From Eledone cirrhosa (Eukaryota), in the NCBI GenBank assembly GCA_964016885.1, contig OZ024743.1, positions 72,664,001 through 72,728,000 on the forward strand: 64,000 bases of DNA, read 5' to 3'. Shown here piece after piece: positions 12,740 through 23,832 of this stretch (positions within the stretch are counted from its first letter, which is position 1; every line of letters begins with the position of its first letter). A program made the translations under genes and the position numbers. The notes under the pieces were generated by a model, which did not search any database, had not been told where the DNA came from, and saw only the letters and a list, made by a program, of their open reading frames with translations.

Positions 12740-13095
12740 CAGAGAGAGACAGAGAGAGAGAGAGCAAACATCACAGGCGCTCTATCTCAAAATTATTTTT
12801 GAAAAGCATTAGAAATGCGCAACCGGTAAAACTTAAAACCAAAACTGAATACTAACCAATACTATTACTAATTTTCATTTATTCCTAATTAAACTATTTT
12901 TCAGTGTGAACAATTTGTCAGCATTTTCTTTTCCGTTTACCATTATATATATATTTAAAGGTTAAACAAGGTTCAATGAATAAATCAATGCATCAAGTTT
13001 TACAATAGATTAGAAGCACTCCGCAGTTTGGTTTTCCGAAGTTATTAATATTAATTCAAAATATTAACAAATATAGGCATTCGTGAGATCAAGTA

Positions 13096-13162
13096 TATTT
13101 TTTTATACATATTTCAGAGGTACTGAACTATCTTCAACAGTACGTCCTCATCAGATAAAATA
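13096..13162 (-). ncRNA. Type I HHR
   Basis: tattttat CTGATGA ggac-gtactg-ttgaagatagtt-cagtac-ctct GAAA tatgta TA aaaaaata; related to the 11250 motif. Confidence 0.65.
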
Positions 13163-13231
13163 AGATGATGCATGACATACCTTTACTAAGTAGATGGTTA
13201 ACATTCAGTCATGGCAGTAAATAAGATAGGG

Positions 13232-14187
13232 CATCATCATCATCATCATCATCATCATCACCGTTTTACGTCCGTTCTTCCATGCTAGCATGGGTTAGAC
13301 GGGTTGTCCTGTTCTGGGCAGTGTCTGGTTGGCTGACCATGCCTTGCTCATACAGGAACTGATTTGGGCTTGATTTCTACAGCTGGATGCCCTTCCTAAC
13401 ACCAACCTCACTTACAGTGAGTGCTGGGTGCTTTTTTGCCGTGGCACCTCCACGACCACCTTGCAGTGGGAGGGTGTGGGGACATATTGTCTATATGCTT
13501 CAGCTTGTACCCATGGGAGGTCGGGTACTCTGTATTACTGAGTGACGCCAGAGGTCACGGTCGTGTGTCATCGTCTTTGAGAGGTGTAATTGGGTAAGGT
13601 CGGCTTTTATCACCTCATCCCAGGTCTTCTTGGTTCTCCCCACTCCGCGGTTTCCACTGACTTCTAGTGCTCTGCACCTTTTTATGCAGCTGTCATCCTT
13701 CATACGCATCACATGTCCATACCAACGCAACCGCCTCTCCTGCACACAGCATTTGATTCCTCTTACGCTTAGTATCTCTCTCCATTCATTTATGCTCTGT
13801 CGTTCGCGTATATTACTATTACAAATCCATCGGAGCATGCAGGCTTTGTTTCTTTCTAATCTACGTAAGTCTTCCACCTTCAGTGCCCAGGTCTCACTAC
13901 CATTTAACATTGTTGTTCGGATACACGCATCATACAGTCTGCCTTTCATTTTGAGGGAGAAGCCTTTTGCAGCTAGCAGTGGCAGAAGTTCCCTGAACTT
14001 CTTCCATCCCGTTCTTACCCTAGTTATTGTACTTTCTGAACACCCAACTCCGCTGCTAATTAGGTCACTTAGGTAGCAGAAGCTGTCTACTGTTTCTACA
14101 GAGCCCTCCCAGAGATTGGTGGTACTTATTTCCTGTGGCTGTTTGCTGCTTGCTGTCCCAGTACAGCTGCTGCATGTGAAGCCTACA

Positions 14188-14190
<3 letters not shown>
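13232..14190 (-). mobile_element. RTE-clade LINE 3' fragment with (TGA)n tail
   Basis: ORF 13500-14190: VDSFCYL.D, RVRTGWKKFRELLPLL, KGRLYDACIRT..NGSETW, RRLRWYGHVMR, GRTKKTW; (CAT)n at 13232-13260; 5'-truncated at (TA)n. Confidence 0.85.
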
Positions 14191-14246
<56 letters not shown>

Positions 14247-14251
<5 letters not shown>

Positions 14252-15173
14252 AATATAAATTAATATATATGATGAAACACAAATACCAACATATCTGTAT
14301 TTATATTGCAAAAGAAAATTTAGCTAGAATGAAGTATACTAATTATAATATTACAGTCTGTCCATATCGATTTAAAATAATAAATCAACAAAGACGAACT
14401 GTATTGCCAAATGGCCGTGATGTTTAGACACATTTAAATTTTAAAATCAAACCTGTTCCGTAGATAAGTTTAAACTTTAAAATCCAAATATGTTTCGAGA
14501 TGAAAAAGTGTAAGGATATCATGTTCTGATCTCTTCATATATGTTGGTATTTGTGTTTCATCATATATATTAATTTATATTTAAATGTTTTACACGGCTC
14601 AGAAATATTTCTTTCTTTGAGCTAATTTCATTGTAAAAGAATTCATTAAACTTAATATTATTGCTCCTTAGGTTGAGCTGAACGTAGCCTCATATATACG
14701 GCTGTTATTTCTAGCAGTACGGATATGAGGCTAGCTAGAAACTGTGAACCATGTGCGTTACACAGTCTTTTAAATTATTTAGAAGTGAAGCATATCAATT
14801 TGTCCCTGGATGTTTACCGAAGAGAGCAGGACATGATATCCTTACACTTTTTCATCTCGAAACATAGTTGGATTTTAAAGTTTAAACTTATCTACGGAAC
14901 AGGTTTGATTTTGAAATGTAAATGTGTCTAAACATCACGGCCATTTGGCAATACAGTTCGTCTTTGTTGATTTATTATTTTAAATCGATATGGACAGACT
15001 GTAATATTATAATTAGTATACTTCATTCTAGCTAAATTTTCTTTTGCAATATAAATACAGATATGTTGGTATTTGTGTTTCTTCATATATATTAATTTAT
15101 ATTTAAATGTTTTATACGGCTCAGATATATTTCTTTCTTTGGACTAATTTCATTGTAAAAAAATTCATTACAC

Positions 15174-15180
<7 letters not shown>
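14247..15180. mobile_element. Non-coding ~521-bp-unit element: inverted fragment + 1.2 tandem units between (TA)n tracts
   Basis: 14247-14535 is the reverse complement of about 14820-15108; 14540-14658 repeated at 15061-15180. Confidence 0.8.
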
Positions 15181-15264
<84 letters not shown>

Positions 15265-15267
<3 letters not shown>

Positions 15268-15469
15268 GAAGGAGTTGTGGTAAGGAAGCAGATAGACCAT
15301 AATGCACCAGAGTACTCAATTCTTAGGGTAGTAGAAAGGGTAATAGGAAAATGTATGACCCTCACGGCAGAGCTCAAGCCGTTTAGACGGCTATTTCTGG
15401 ACGGCTATTTCGGTCCAGAAATAGCCGTCGAAACGGCTCGAACTCTGCCGCAGGGTTCATATATTTTCC

Positions 15470-15470
<1 letters not shown>
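15265..15470. repeat. Short element ending in a ~110-bp hairpin built from two HHR 3' halves
   Basis: Hairpin 15354-15461; homolog at 59785-59980. Confidence 0.75.
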
Positions 15471-15501
<31 letters not shown>

Positions 15502-15589
15502 TATATATATCACCTTGATCCCCTTGACCGACCAGTCAGTCGGGCGCCCATTGCCGCCGCCGCCGGTCACATCACGTCGTGCTATTTTA

Positions 15590-15778
15590 GCCATAATACA
15601 ACGCCATCCCTCTGGCTGGACGGGCAGGCCAGTACTCATGTCTACAGGTGAGTAAACTGGAGCAAGGTGAAATAAAGTGTCTTGCTCAAGGAAACAACAC
15701 ATCACCCAGTCCGAGAATTGAACTCACAAACTTTCGATTGCCAGCCCAATGCTTTAACCACTAAGCCATGCGTCTTCA
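15590..15778 (-). mobile_element. tRNA-derived SINE (family 2, Meta/CORE-like body)
   Basis: Minus strand: tggcttagtggttaaagc...gagttcaattc...ccttgagcaagacacttta; relatives at 57057-57200 (+) and 57330-57486 (-). Confidence 0.75.
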
Positions 15779-15795
15779 CACACACAAACAGACAC

Positions 15796-15832
<37 letters not shown>

Positions 15833-15842
15833 TATATATATA

Positions 15843-16735
15843 TGTAAACGGAAAAAATGAAACGAAATTTCATTTCTCACTCTTAGTACGCCTGTTACTT
15901 AAATATAAGTATGTATACATACATACATATATGTATACAGACGTACAGTAGTAGGTATATATATATATACATACATGCACACATATATATATGTACGTAT
16001 GGATTCACCGAACATTTATTATAATGGTCAGTGTGTTTGTAAATAATCATCCCGAATTAAGCCGTACGATGTCTATCAAGCATCGTTGATCATTTGTTCA
16101 ACCCTGACAAAGGAACGCTGTACTAGTTTCAAGCTTATTAGCTATCGTCAGCAAAGTATACCTTTCTGCCAGATGATTGAACGTCTGAAAGTATATACTT
16201 TCCATAAGCATATTAACGGCTGAGCAGACTCATTTGCATATCGAGTGAGTTAATCGGCCGGGGTACCGAAAAATATAAACGGAAAAAATGAAACGAAATT
16301 TCATTTCTCACTCTTTGTATGGCTGTTACTTAAATATAAGTATGTATACGTACATACATATATGTATACAGACGTACAGTAGTATGTATATATATATACA
16401 TACATGCACACATATATATATGTACGTATGGATTCACCGAACGTTTATTATAATGCTCAGTGTGTTTGTAAACAAACATCCCGAATTAAGCCGTACAGTG
16501 TCTAGCAACCATCGTTGTTCATTTGTTCAACACTGACAAAGGAACGCTGTACTAATTTCAAGCTTAATTCTGGATGTTTGTTTACAAACACACTGAGCAT
16601 TATAATAAATATTCGGTGAATCCATACGTACATATATATATGTGTGCATGTATGTATATATATATATACATACTACTGTACGTCTGTATACATATATGTA
16701 TGTACGTACACATACTTATATATATACATACAGTA
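15843..16735 (-). mobile_element. Non-coding ~432-bp-unit HHR element (1.7 tandem units + inverted piece), distant sister of the 467-bp array
   Basis: aaacggaaaaaatgaaacgaaattt at about 15846 and 16277; inversion from about 16565; shares ordered blocks with the 467-bp unit. Confidence 0.8.
16116..16156 (-). ncRNA. Minimal type I HHR
   Basis: ctttg CTGACGA t-agct-aata-agct-t GAAA ctag TA cagcg; palindromic stem III ACTAGT. Confidence 0.7.
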
Positions 16736-16775
16736 ATAATAATAAATTTGAAGACTAAAATCCAAAGAAGGCTCG

Positions 16776-16927
<152 letters not shown>

Positions 16928-17151
16928 TTATTAAAATAACAGATTAAAGTTTAAGCAAAGAATCGCTGCTTTCACCCTTAACGGGATCTTCTGAAACTAA
17001 CAAAGTCAATCTGTAAACGCAGAACTGGATATACGTACATATATATATATATATACGTACATATATATGAATATATATGTATACATACATATGTGTTTGT
17101 TCATACATATAATGTGTGTGAGTTCATACATACATGTGTGTGTGTTCATAC

Positions 17152-17201
<50 letters not shown>

Positions 17202-17222
17202 TTGTTCATACATATGTGTGTA

Positions 17223-17336
<114 letters not shown>

Positions 17337-17459
17337 GGAGCTGAGTTTTATTGTAGCACAATAAAGCAATGCAGATATCGGATAAGAAGCACTCTACAGT
17401 TTGTGGGACTGGAGTATGCATAATATAAGATCAAAAGATGGTTAAAGGAGTTCCATATA

Positions 17460-17526
17460 TTTTATTATGCGCATTTCAAAAACAAACATCATTAAGCAAT
17501 AATATTTGTGTTTTCATCAGATAAAA
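17460..17526 (-). ncRNA. PLE pLTR HHR
   Basis: ttttat CTGATGA aaacacaaatattatt-gctt-aatgatgtttgttttt GAAA tgcgca TA ataaaa. Confidence 0.8.
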
Positions 17527-18521
17527 CAGGACAACATGATATGAAGGCTAAAAAACACTTGTGGATAGTGCAGTTTTAAATCAACATATGAAAAGTGGTT
17601 TTAGATTGATGTGTGATATTGGGAAAAATATTTTATTTAGAGAGGGGGGGGAAGGATGAAAAGGGAAGGAGATGAGAGGGAGAGATGGGTGATAGAGAGA
17701 AAGAGATAGTTTTTATAATTGAGAGGAGATATATTTTTTACATAGAGGGGTTGAAAACCGTTGGAAGATACTGTATAAATTAAAAATTTTGAAAATTAAC
17801 GAAGGGAGGATATGTGCGAGGAAAAATATTTTATTTAGGGAGGGGGGGGGAGGATGAAAAAAAGGGGGAGGAGATGAGAGTGAAGGTGGAGAGGGAGAGA
17901 TGGGTGATAGAGAGAAAGAGATAGTTTTTATAACTGAGAAAAAGATATATTGTTTTAATATAGAGAGGTTGGGAACCGTTGGAAGATAATGTATAAATTA
18001 AAGGAATTTGAAAATTAACGAAGGGAAATTATGTATGAAGATAGAGAGAAAAAAATAATAATTGTGGGTGAATATTCTAGCGTCAAAAGAAGAAATGTAT
18101 GTATTGTGGCAATTTCAAAATTAGCGAAGAGAAAAATTGTTAAGGTTTGCGTGTAGAAGGATTCGAGAAAAATAATGTGAAGTTAAAGTTTGTATATTGA
18201 ATTGATAATATGTGCGAATAAAGAGTTGATATGTATTAATAATGAGTTCGTTGATGTGGAGAAAAAAATAATAATAAATTAAGGATGAAATTGAGATTAA
18301 AATGATTTATGATAGAGAGAAAAAATAATAATTGCGGATGAATATTCAAAATGTCAAAAACAAATGTTATTATTTTACGAGAAGATAGAATGAGGGTAAT
18401 GAGTAAACGAGTATTATAGAGTGTATAATGCCCTTTAAAGTAAGGTAGATGGGTATATTTTAAAGAGGTGTATGTATATGTGCCTTTGAGAAAAGATTCT
18501 AAATTGATAAGGAATTGAATA

Positions 18522-19968
18522 TTAACTGTATACTTTGTGAAAAGTTCTATGGAATTTATGCAGGCAGATAGAAAACAAATCTGAGCGTCTATTTATTATA
18601 GAATCTAGGTTAGAGATAATGGTAAATTTTTCATTTAGGCAGAGATTACAGATTTTAGATAAAGAGCTGTTCAAGTATGAGGATGCAGAAGAAATCTTCT
18701 TCCAAAAGATGGTATATTTAATGTTTTTGTCTTTTAAGGACCATATGAGTTCTGAGAGAGCAGTGTTAGTTCTTTTAAGTTTGTATTTGAAAGATGAATG
18801 ATGATTATAGAGACGAGCTTTAAAAGAGGTGGAAGTGGAGCCAAAATAGGTGAAGGAATTGGTGCTAGTTATAATTTTACATTCATAAATTAAGTTTTTA
18901 TCGAGGCAATGGTTGTTGAGAGGACATTTATTTTTAATGCGGCAGTTGCAATTAGAGAGATTATTAATGAGTGATCTAGTGTTATCTATAGAAGGAATTG
19001 GATTGGAGAAGTTGTTTGCGATAGGAATAATAGGAATAATAGTTTCTTGATTTAGAGTTGGATTATGAACATTTAGCGAAGTTGTGTTTGACGTTGTATT
19101 TGGGTTTACAGAAGTTAGCCTAGGGTTTACAATGACGTCGGGAGTACTATTACTATTATTATGAAATTCAATATTGGAAGGAAGAGATTTAGTATTTAAT
19201 ATTTTGTTGTTGTGTTTAGAGATGATGTTGGAAATATTGGAGGATGTAGAATACGAAAATTTGATGGTGTGTTTGTTAAATATTTTACTATAGATATGTG
19301 AGGGAGGAAAGCATTTATTTAAGGCACTAAAAAATAATTTAGGAATATTGTTATTAATAGAGATGGAGAAAGGAGCATTATACCAGATTATGTTTTTGTA
19401 TCTAGGTCTTTTATTAAAATTATTGGAATGGTCATGATTAATTATTCTACTGTAAGTTTTCCTAGAATTTGTTTCTTTATTATATTGGATTTTATCTGGA
19501 TAGCCGGCTTTAGAAAGTGCGTTATTATAGTAATTGGCGTTAGCATCAAAGATGTTTTTATTAGAAGATATGTTAGATATTCTATTTCCAATATTATTAA
19601 CTATAGCATTCTTGATATTGGTAGGATGGTTAGATTTAAAGTTAACATAATTAAGGTTCTCATTGTTTTTATGGTAAGGGTAATATAGGCCAGTGTCAAG
19701 ATTAAGAGATATATCCAAGAAATTAGCTAGTTTGATACTATTATCAAATTCAATTTTTAGGTTATGTTGGTTAAAGAGATTACGTATATTGTTCTTAATA
19801 ATATTAAGTTTAACTATATTGCAATTTAGGATAGTAAAGAGTCCATCGTCACGATAAATTCCACCGCGAAGTTGAGGAATTTTCCGACTCAAAGAGTTCA
19901 AAATGAAGATACCAATTAAATCAGTCAATTGGGATGAATCGGATGCTCCCATTGTGATGTCGAAGTTA
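18522..19968 (-). pseudogene. PLE RT C-half + GIY-YIG
   Basis: NFDITMGASDSSQLTDLIG, IYRDDG, ANFLDI, FKSNHP, CNC..CPL..C, NLIYEC..TYFGST, CNLC..E, CLH. Confidence 0.9.
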
Positions 19969-21067
19969 AATCTAAATTTATGGTTTGGTACTTCTGAAGT
20001 GATTGGCTGGTTCAACAAATTGGATAATAAAAACAAACTAAAATTTATTCAATTTGATATTGCCAGCTACTATTCCTCCATTTCGCCTTCACTTCTCAAT
20101 AATGCTCTATCTTTCGCACTTAAATATTCTGACATCACCACAGATGAACTTCACATCATCCTCACCGCACGTAAAACCATCCTAGAGTTCAACAACGAAT
20201 ATTGGACCAGAGCCGATACCTCTAACATCTCTATTAATAACAATATTCCTAAATTATTTTTTAGTGCCTTAAATAAATGCTTCCCTCCCTCACATATCTA
20301 TAGTAAAATATTTAACAAACACACCATCAAATTTTCGTATTCTACATCCTCCAATATTTCCAACATCATCTCTAAACACAACAACAAAATATTAAATACT
20401 AAATCTCTTCCTTCCAATATTGAATTTCATAATAACAGTAATAGTACTCCCGACGTCATTGTAAACCCTAGGCTAACTTCTGTAAACCCAAATACAACGT
20501 CAAACACAACTTCGCTAAATGTTCATAATCCAACTCTAAATCAAGAAACTATTATTCCTATTATTCCTATCGCAAACAACTTCTCCAATCCAATTCCTTC
20601 TAGATAACACTAGATCACTCATTAATAATCTCTCTAATTGCAACTGCCGCATTAAAAATAAATGTCCTCTCAACAACCATTGCCTCGATAAAAACTTAAT
20701 TTATGAATGTAAAATTATAACTAGCACCAATTCCTTCACCTATTTTGGCTCCACTTCCACCTCTTTTAAAGCTCGTCTCTATAATCATCATTCATCTTTC
20801 AAATACAAACTTAAAAGAACTAACACTGCTCTCTCAGAACTCATATGGTCCTTAAAAGACAAAAACATTAAATATACCATCTTTTGGAAGAAGATTTCTT
20901 CTGCATCCTCATACTTGAACAGCTCTCTATCTAAAATCTGTAATCTCTGCCTAAATGAAAAATTTACCATTATCTCTAACCTAGATTCTATAATAAATAG
21001 ACGCTCAGATTTGTTTTCTATCTGCCTGCATAAATTCCATAGAACTGTTCACAAAGTATACAGTTAA
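19963..21067 (+). pseudogene. PLE RT motif-A segment fused to a duplicated C-terminal/GIY-YIG part (frameshift near 20600)
   Basis: LWFGTSEVIGWF..FIQFDIASYYSSI..YWTRADTSN jumps to ISINNNIPKLFF; 2-nt deletion relative to the minus-strand arm (ttctatagata vs ttctagata). Confidence 0.85.
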
Positions 21068-22069
21068 TATTCAATTCTTTATCAATTTAGAATCTTTTCT
21101 CAAAGGCACATATACATACACCTCTTTAAAATATACCCATCTACCTTACTTTAAAGGGCATTATACACTCTATAATACTCGTTTACTGATTACCCTCATT
21201 CTATCTTCTCGTAAAATAATAACATTTGTTTTTGACATTTTGAATATTCATCCGCAATTATTATTTTTTCTCTCTATCATAAATCTTTTTAATCTCAATT
21301 TCATCCTTAATTTATTATTATTTTTTTCTCCACATCAACGAACTCATTATTAATACATATCAACTCTTTATTCGCACATATTATCAATTCAATATACAAA
21401 CTTTAACTTCACATTATTTTTCTCAAATCCTTCTACACACAAACCTTAACAATTTTTCTCTTCGCTAATTTTGAAATTGCCACAATACATACATTTCTTC
21501 TTTTGACGTTAGAATATTCACCCACAATTATTATTTTTTTCTCTCTATCTTCATACATAATTTCCCTTCGTTAATTTTCAAATTCCTTTAATTTATACAT
21601 TATCTTCCAACGTTTCCCAACCTCTCTATATTAAAACAATATATCTTTTTCTCAGTTATAAAAACTATCTCTTTCTCTCTATCACCCATCTCTCCCTCTC
21701 CACCTTCACTCTCATCTCCTCCCCCTTTTTTTCATCCTTTCCACCCCCCCCTCCCTAAATAAAATATTTTTTCCTCGCACATATCCTCTCTTCGTTAATT
21801 TTCAAAATTTTTAATTTATACAGTATCTTCCAACGGTTTTCAACCCCTCTATATAAAAAATATATCTCCTCTCAATTATAAAAACTATCTCTTTCTCTCT
21901 ATCACCCATCTCTCCCTCTCATCTCCTTCCCTTTTCATCCTCCCCCCCCCCCTCTCTAAATAAAATATTTTTCCCAATATCACACATCAATCTAAAACCA
22001 CTTTTCATATGTTGATTTAAAACTGCACTATCCACAAGTGTTTTTTAGCCTTCATATCATGTTCTCCTG

Positions 22070-22136
22070 TTTTATCTGATGAAAACACAAATATTATTGC
22101 TTGATGATGTTTGTTTTTGAAATGCGCATAATAAAA
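22070..22136 (+). ncRNA. PLE pLTR HHR
   Basis: ttttat CTGATGA [stem II] GAAA tgcgca TA ataaaa; stem III ATGCGCAT is palindromic. Confidence 0.8.
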
Positions 22137-22168
22137 TATATGGAACTCCTTTAACCATCTTTTGATCT

Positions 22169-22231
<63 letters not shown>

Positions 22232-22232
22232 C

Positions 22233-22325
<93 letters not shown>

Positions 22326-22326
<1 letters not shown>

Positions 22327-23300
22327 GACTCTCTTTGTTTATTTTTATATATGAATAGTGATTGTTTCTTATATCTCATTCTGTTATTTTGCCCAGAAAA
22401 TATCTATGTCTGTCATAAAACGATGTACACATACGGGTATTTTTTCAAATTCCAATTGAGTTCTAGCACGTGGCTTGAATTCCTTTTAGAATTCATTGTC
22501 CTGCGCATGTATTGATTTTTGGCGGTGAATCTCCTTCCTCTTTTTTTGAGACAGTATGAGAATTTCTTTAGAACTGCTGGGCTAGCTACCTAAGAGCTAC
22601 CTCAAACACTGATGGTGATTATTGCTAAATATTGATGTTGATTTGACTATCAATATTAATGTTATTGGGGACACACTGAAGAATTATTAGCGCCCACTTG
22701 AATCAATATCTATTGATCTTATACAAGCTTCTACATAAATTGGTATAATTTCACCTAACTTGTAGGTATCTTATAATGAAACGAGACGTACGTCAGGGAG
22801 TGGATATATTTGATACATCTCATATGAAATAATACAGCCAATCTTCCACACAATACTATTAGTTAGCGCCCCAAACGTTTAATTAGGAATATACTCACAT
22901 ATTTCCTAATGTTTGTTGAGTGAGTTGGTATTTGGCCGGACTATCGCTATTAGATTCCCCGATAATGTATTTATATATTTAATCTTGGAGCAACGGATAT
23001 GAAATTCCCGATATAAGGTTTGACTCTTTATTTATTTTTATATATGAATATTGATTGTTTCTTATATCTCATTCTGTTATTTTTCCCGAGAAAATACCTA
23101 TGTGTGTCATAAAACGATGTACACATACGGGTATTTTTTCAAATTCCAATTGATTTCTAGCACGTGGCTTGAATTTCTTTTAGAATTCATTGTCCTGCGC
23201 AAGTATTCTTTTTTGGCGGTAATTCTCCTTCCTCTTTTTTTGAGACAGTATGAGAATTTCTTTAGAACTGCTGGGCTAGCAAACCAACAGCTACCTCAAA

Positions 23301-23301
<1 letters not shown>
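22326..23301 (+). mobile_element. Non-coding ~696-bp-unit element, 1.4 tandem units, with degenerate HHR trace
   Basis: 22326-22607 repeated at 23021-23301; diverged inverse copy at about 36660-37375; CTGAAGA at 22676 and CTGATGA in the second copy. Confidence 0.7.
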
Positions 23302-23370
<69 letters not shown>

Positions 23371-23373
<3 letters not shown>

Positions 23374-23472
23374 GAGGTGTGTCAGAAAAGTTCCAGGACT
23401 GATGTTACAAAACATTTATTTCAAACCCAAACTTCACACTGAGAGTTTTCTCCTTCAAAGTAATCCCCCTTT
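23371..23472 (+). mobile_element. Possible mariner-type terminal fragment
   Basis: TA-CGAGGtgtgtcagaaaagttcc start and ccttcaaagtaatcccc resemble mariner termini; no partner TIR or transposase found. Confidence 0.4.
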
Positions 23473-23711
23473 GTAAATTTGTCGTCCATGTTTTTTTTTC
23501 AAAGAAATATTTGTGTGATGAATAAAGAGTTTAAGTTTTGGGCTCAAGGCCCCAATATTTATTGTGTCCTTTTCAGAAAGCAATGTATGTGAACATATAA
23601 ACACTTAACAACAAAAAATTTCCATAACTGGCAATTTGAAACAACTGAAAACAACAAACCTTTGCGGAGATCACGATAATACCATTTCCTACGTTGGTCG
23701 CAATTAATAAT

Positions 23712-23832
23712 GATAATAATAATAATTGTCTCTACTTTAGGCACAAGGCCAGCAATTATCCAGTGCATTACTGGTACTTTATTTTATCGAACCCGTAAGG
23801 ATGAAAGGCAAAGTCAACCTCGGCGGGATTTG
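23712..23832 (-). mobile_element. SINE family 1, 3' part, abutting the Tx1 tail
   Basis: Reverse complement of the SINE body; truncated at the B box. Confidence 0.8.

Larger units (their letters stand above)
17420..22176. mobile_element. PLE with ~1.95-kb inverted arms (17420-19366 / 20227-22176) and an internally inverted RT segment
   Basis: Arms are near-identical reverse complements, each ending in an HHR-containing pLTR; (TA)n outside both ends. Confidence 0.92.
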
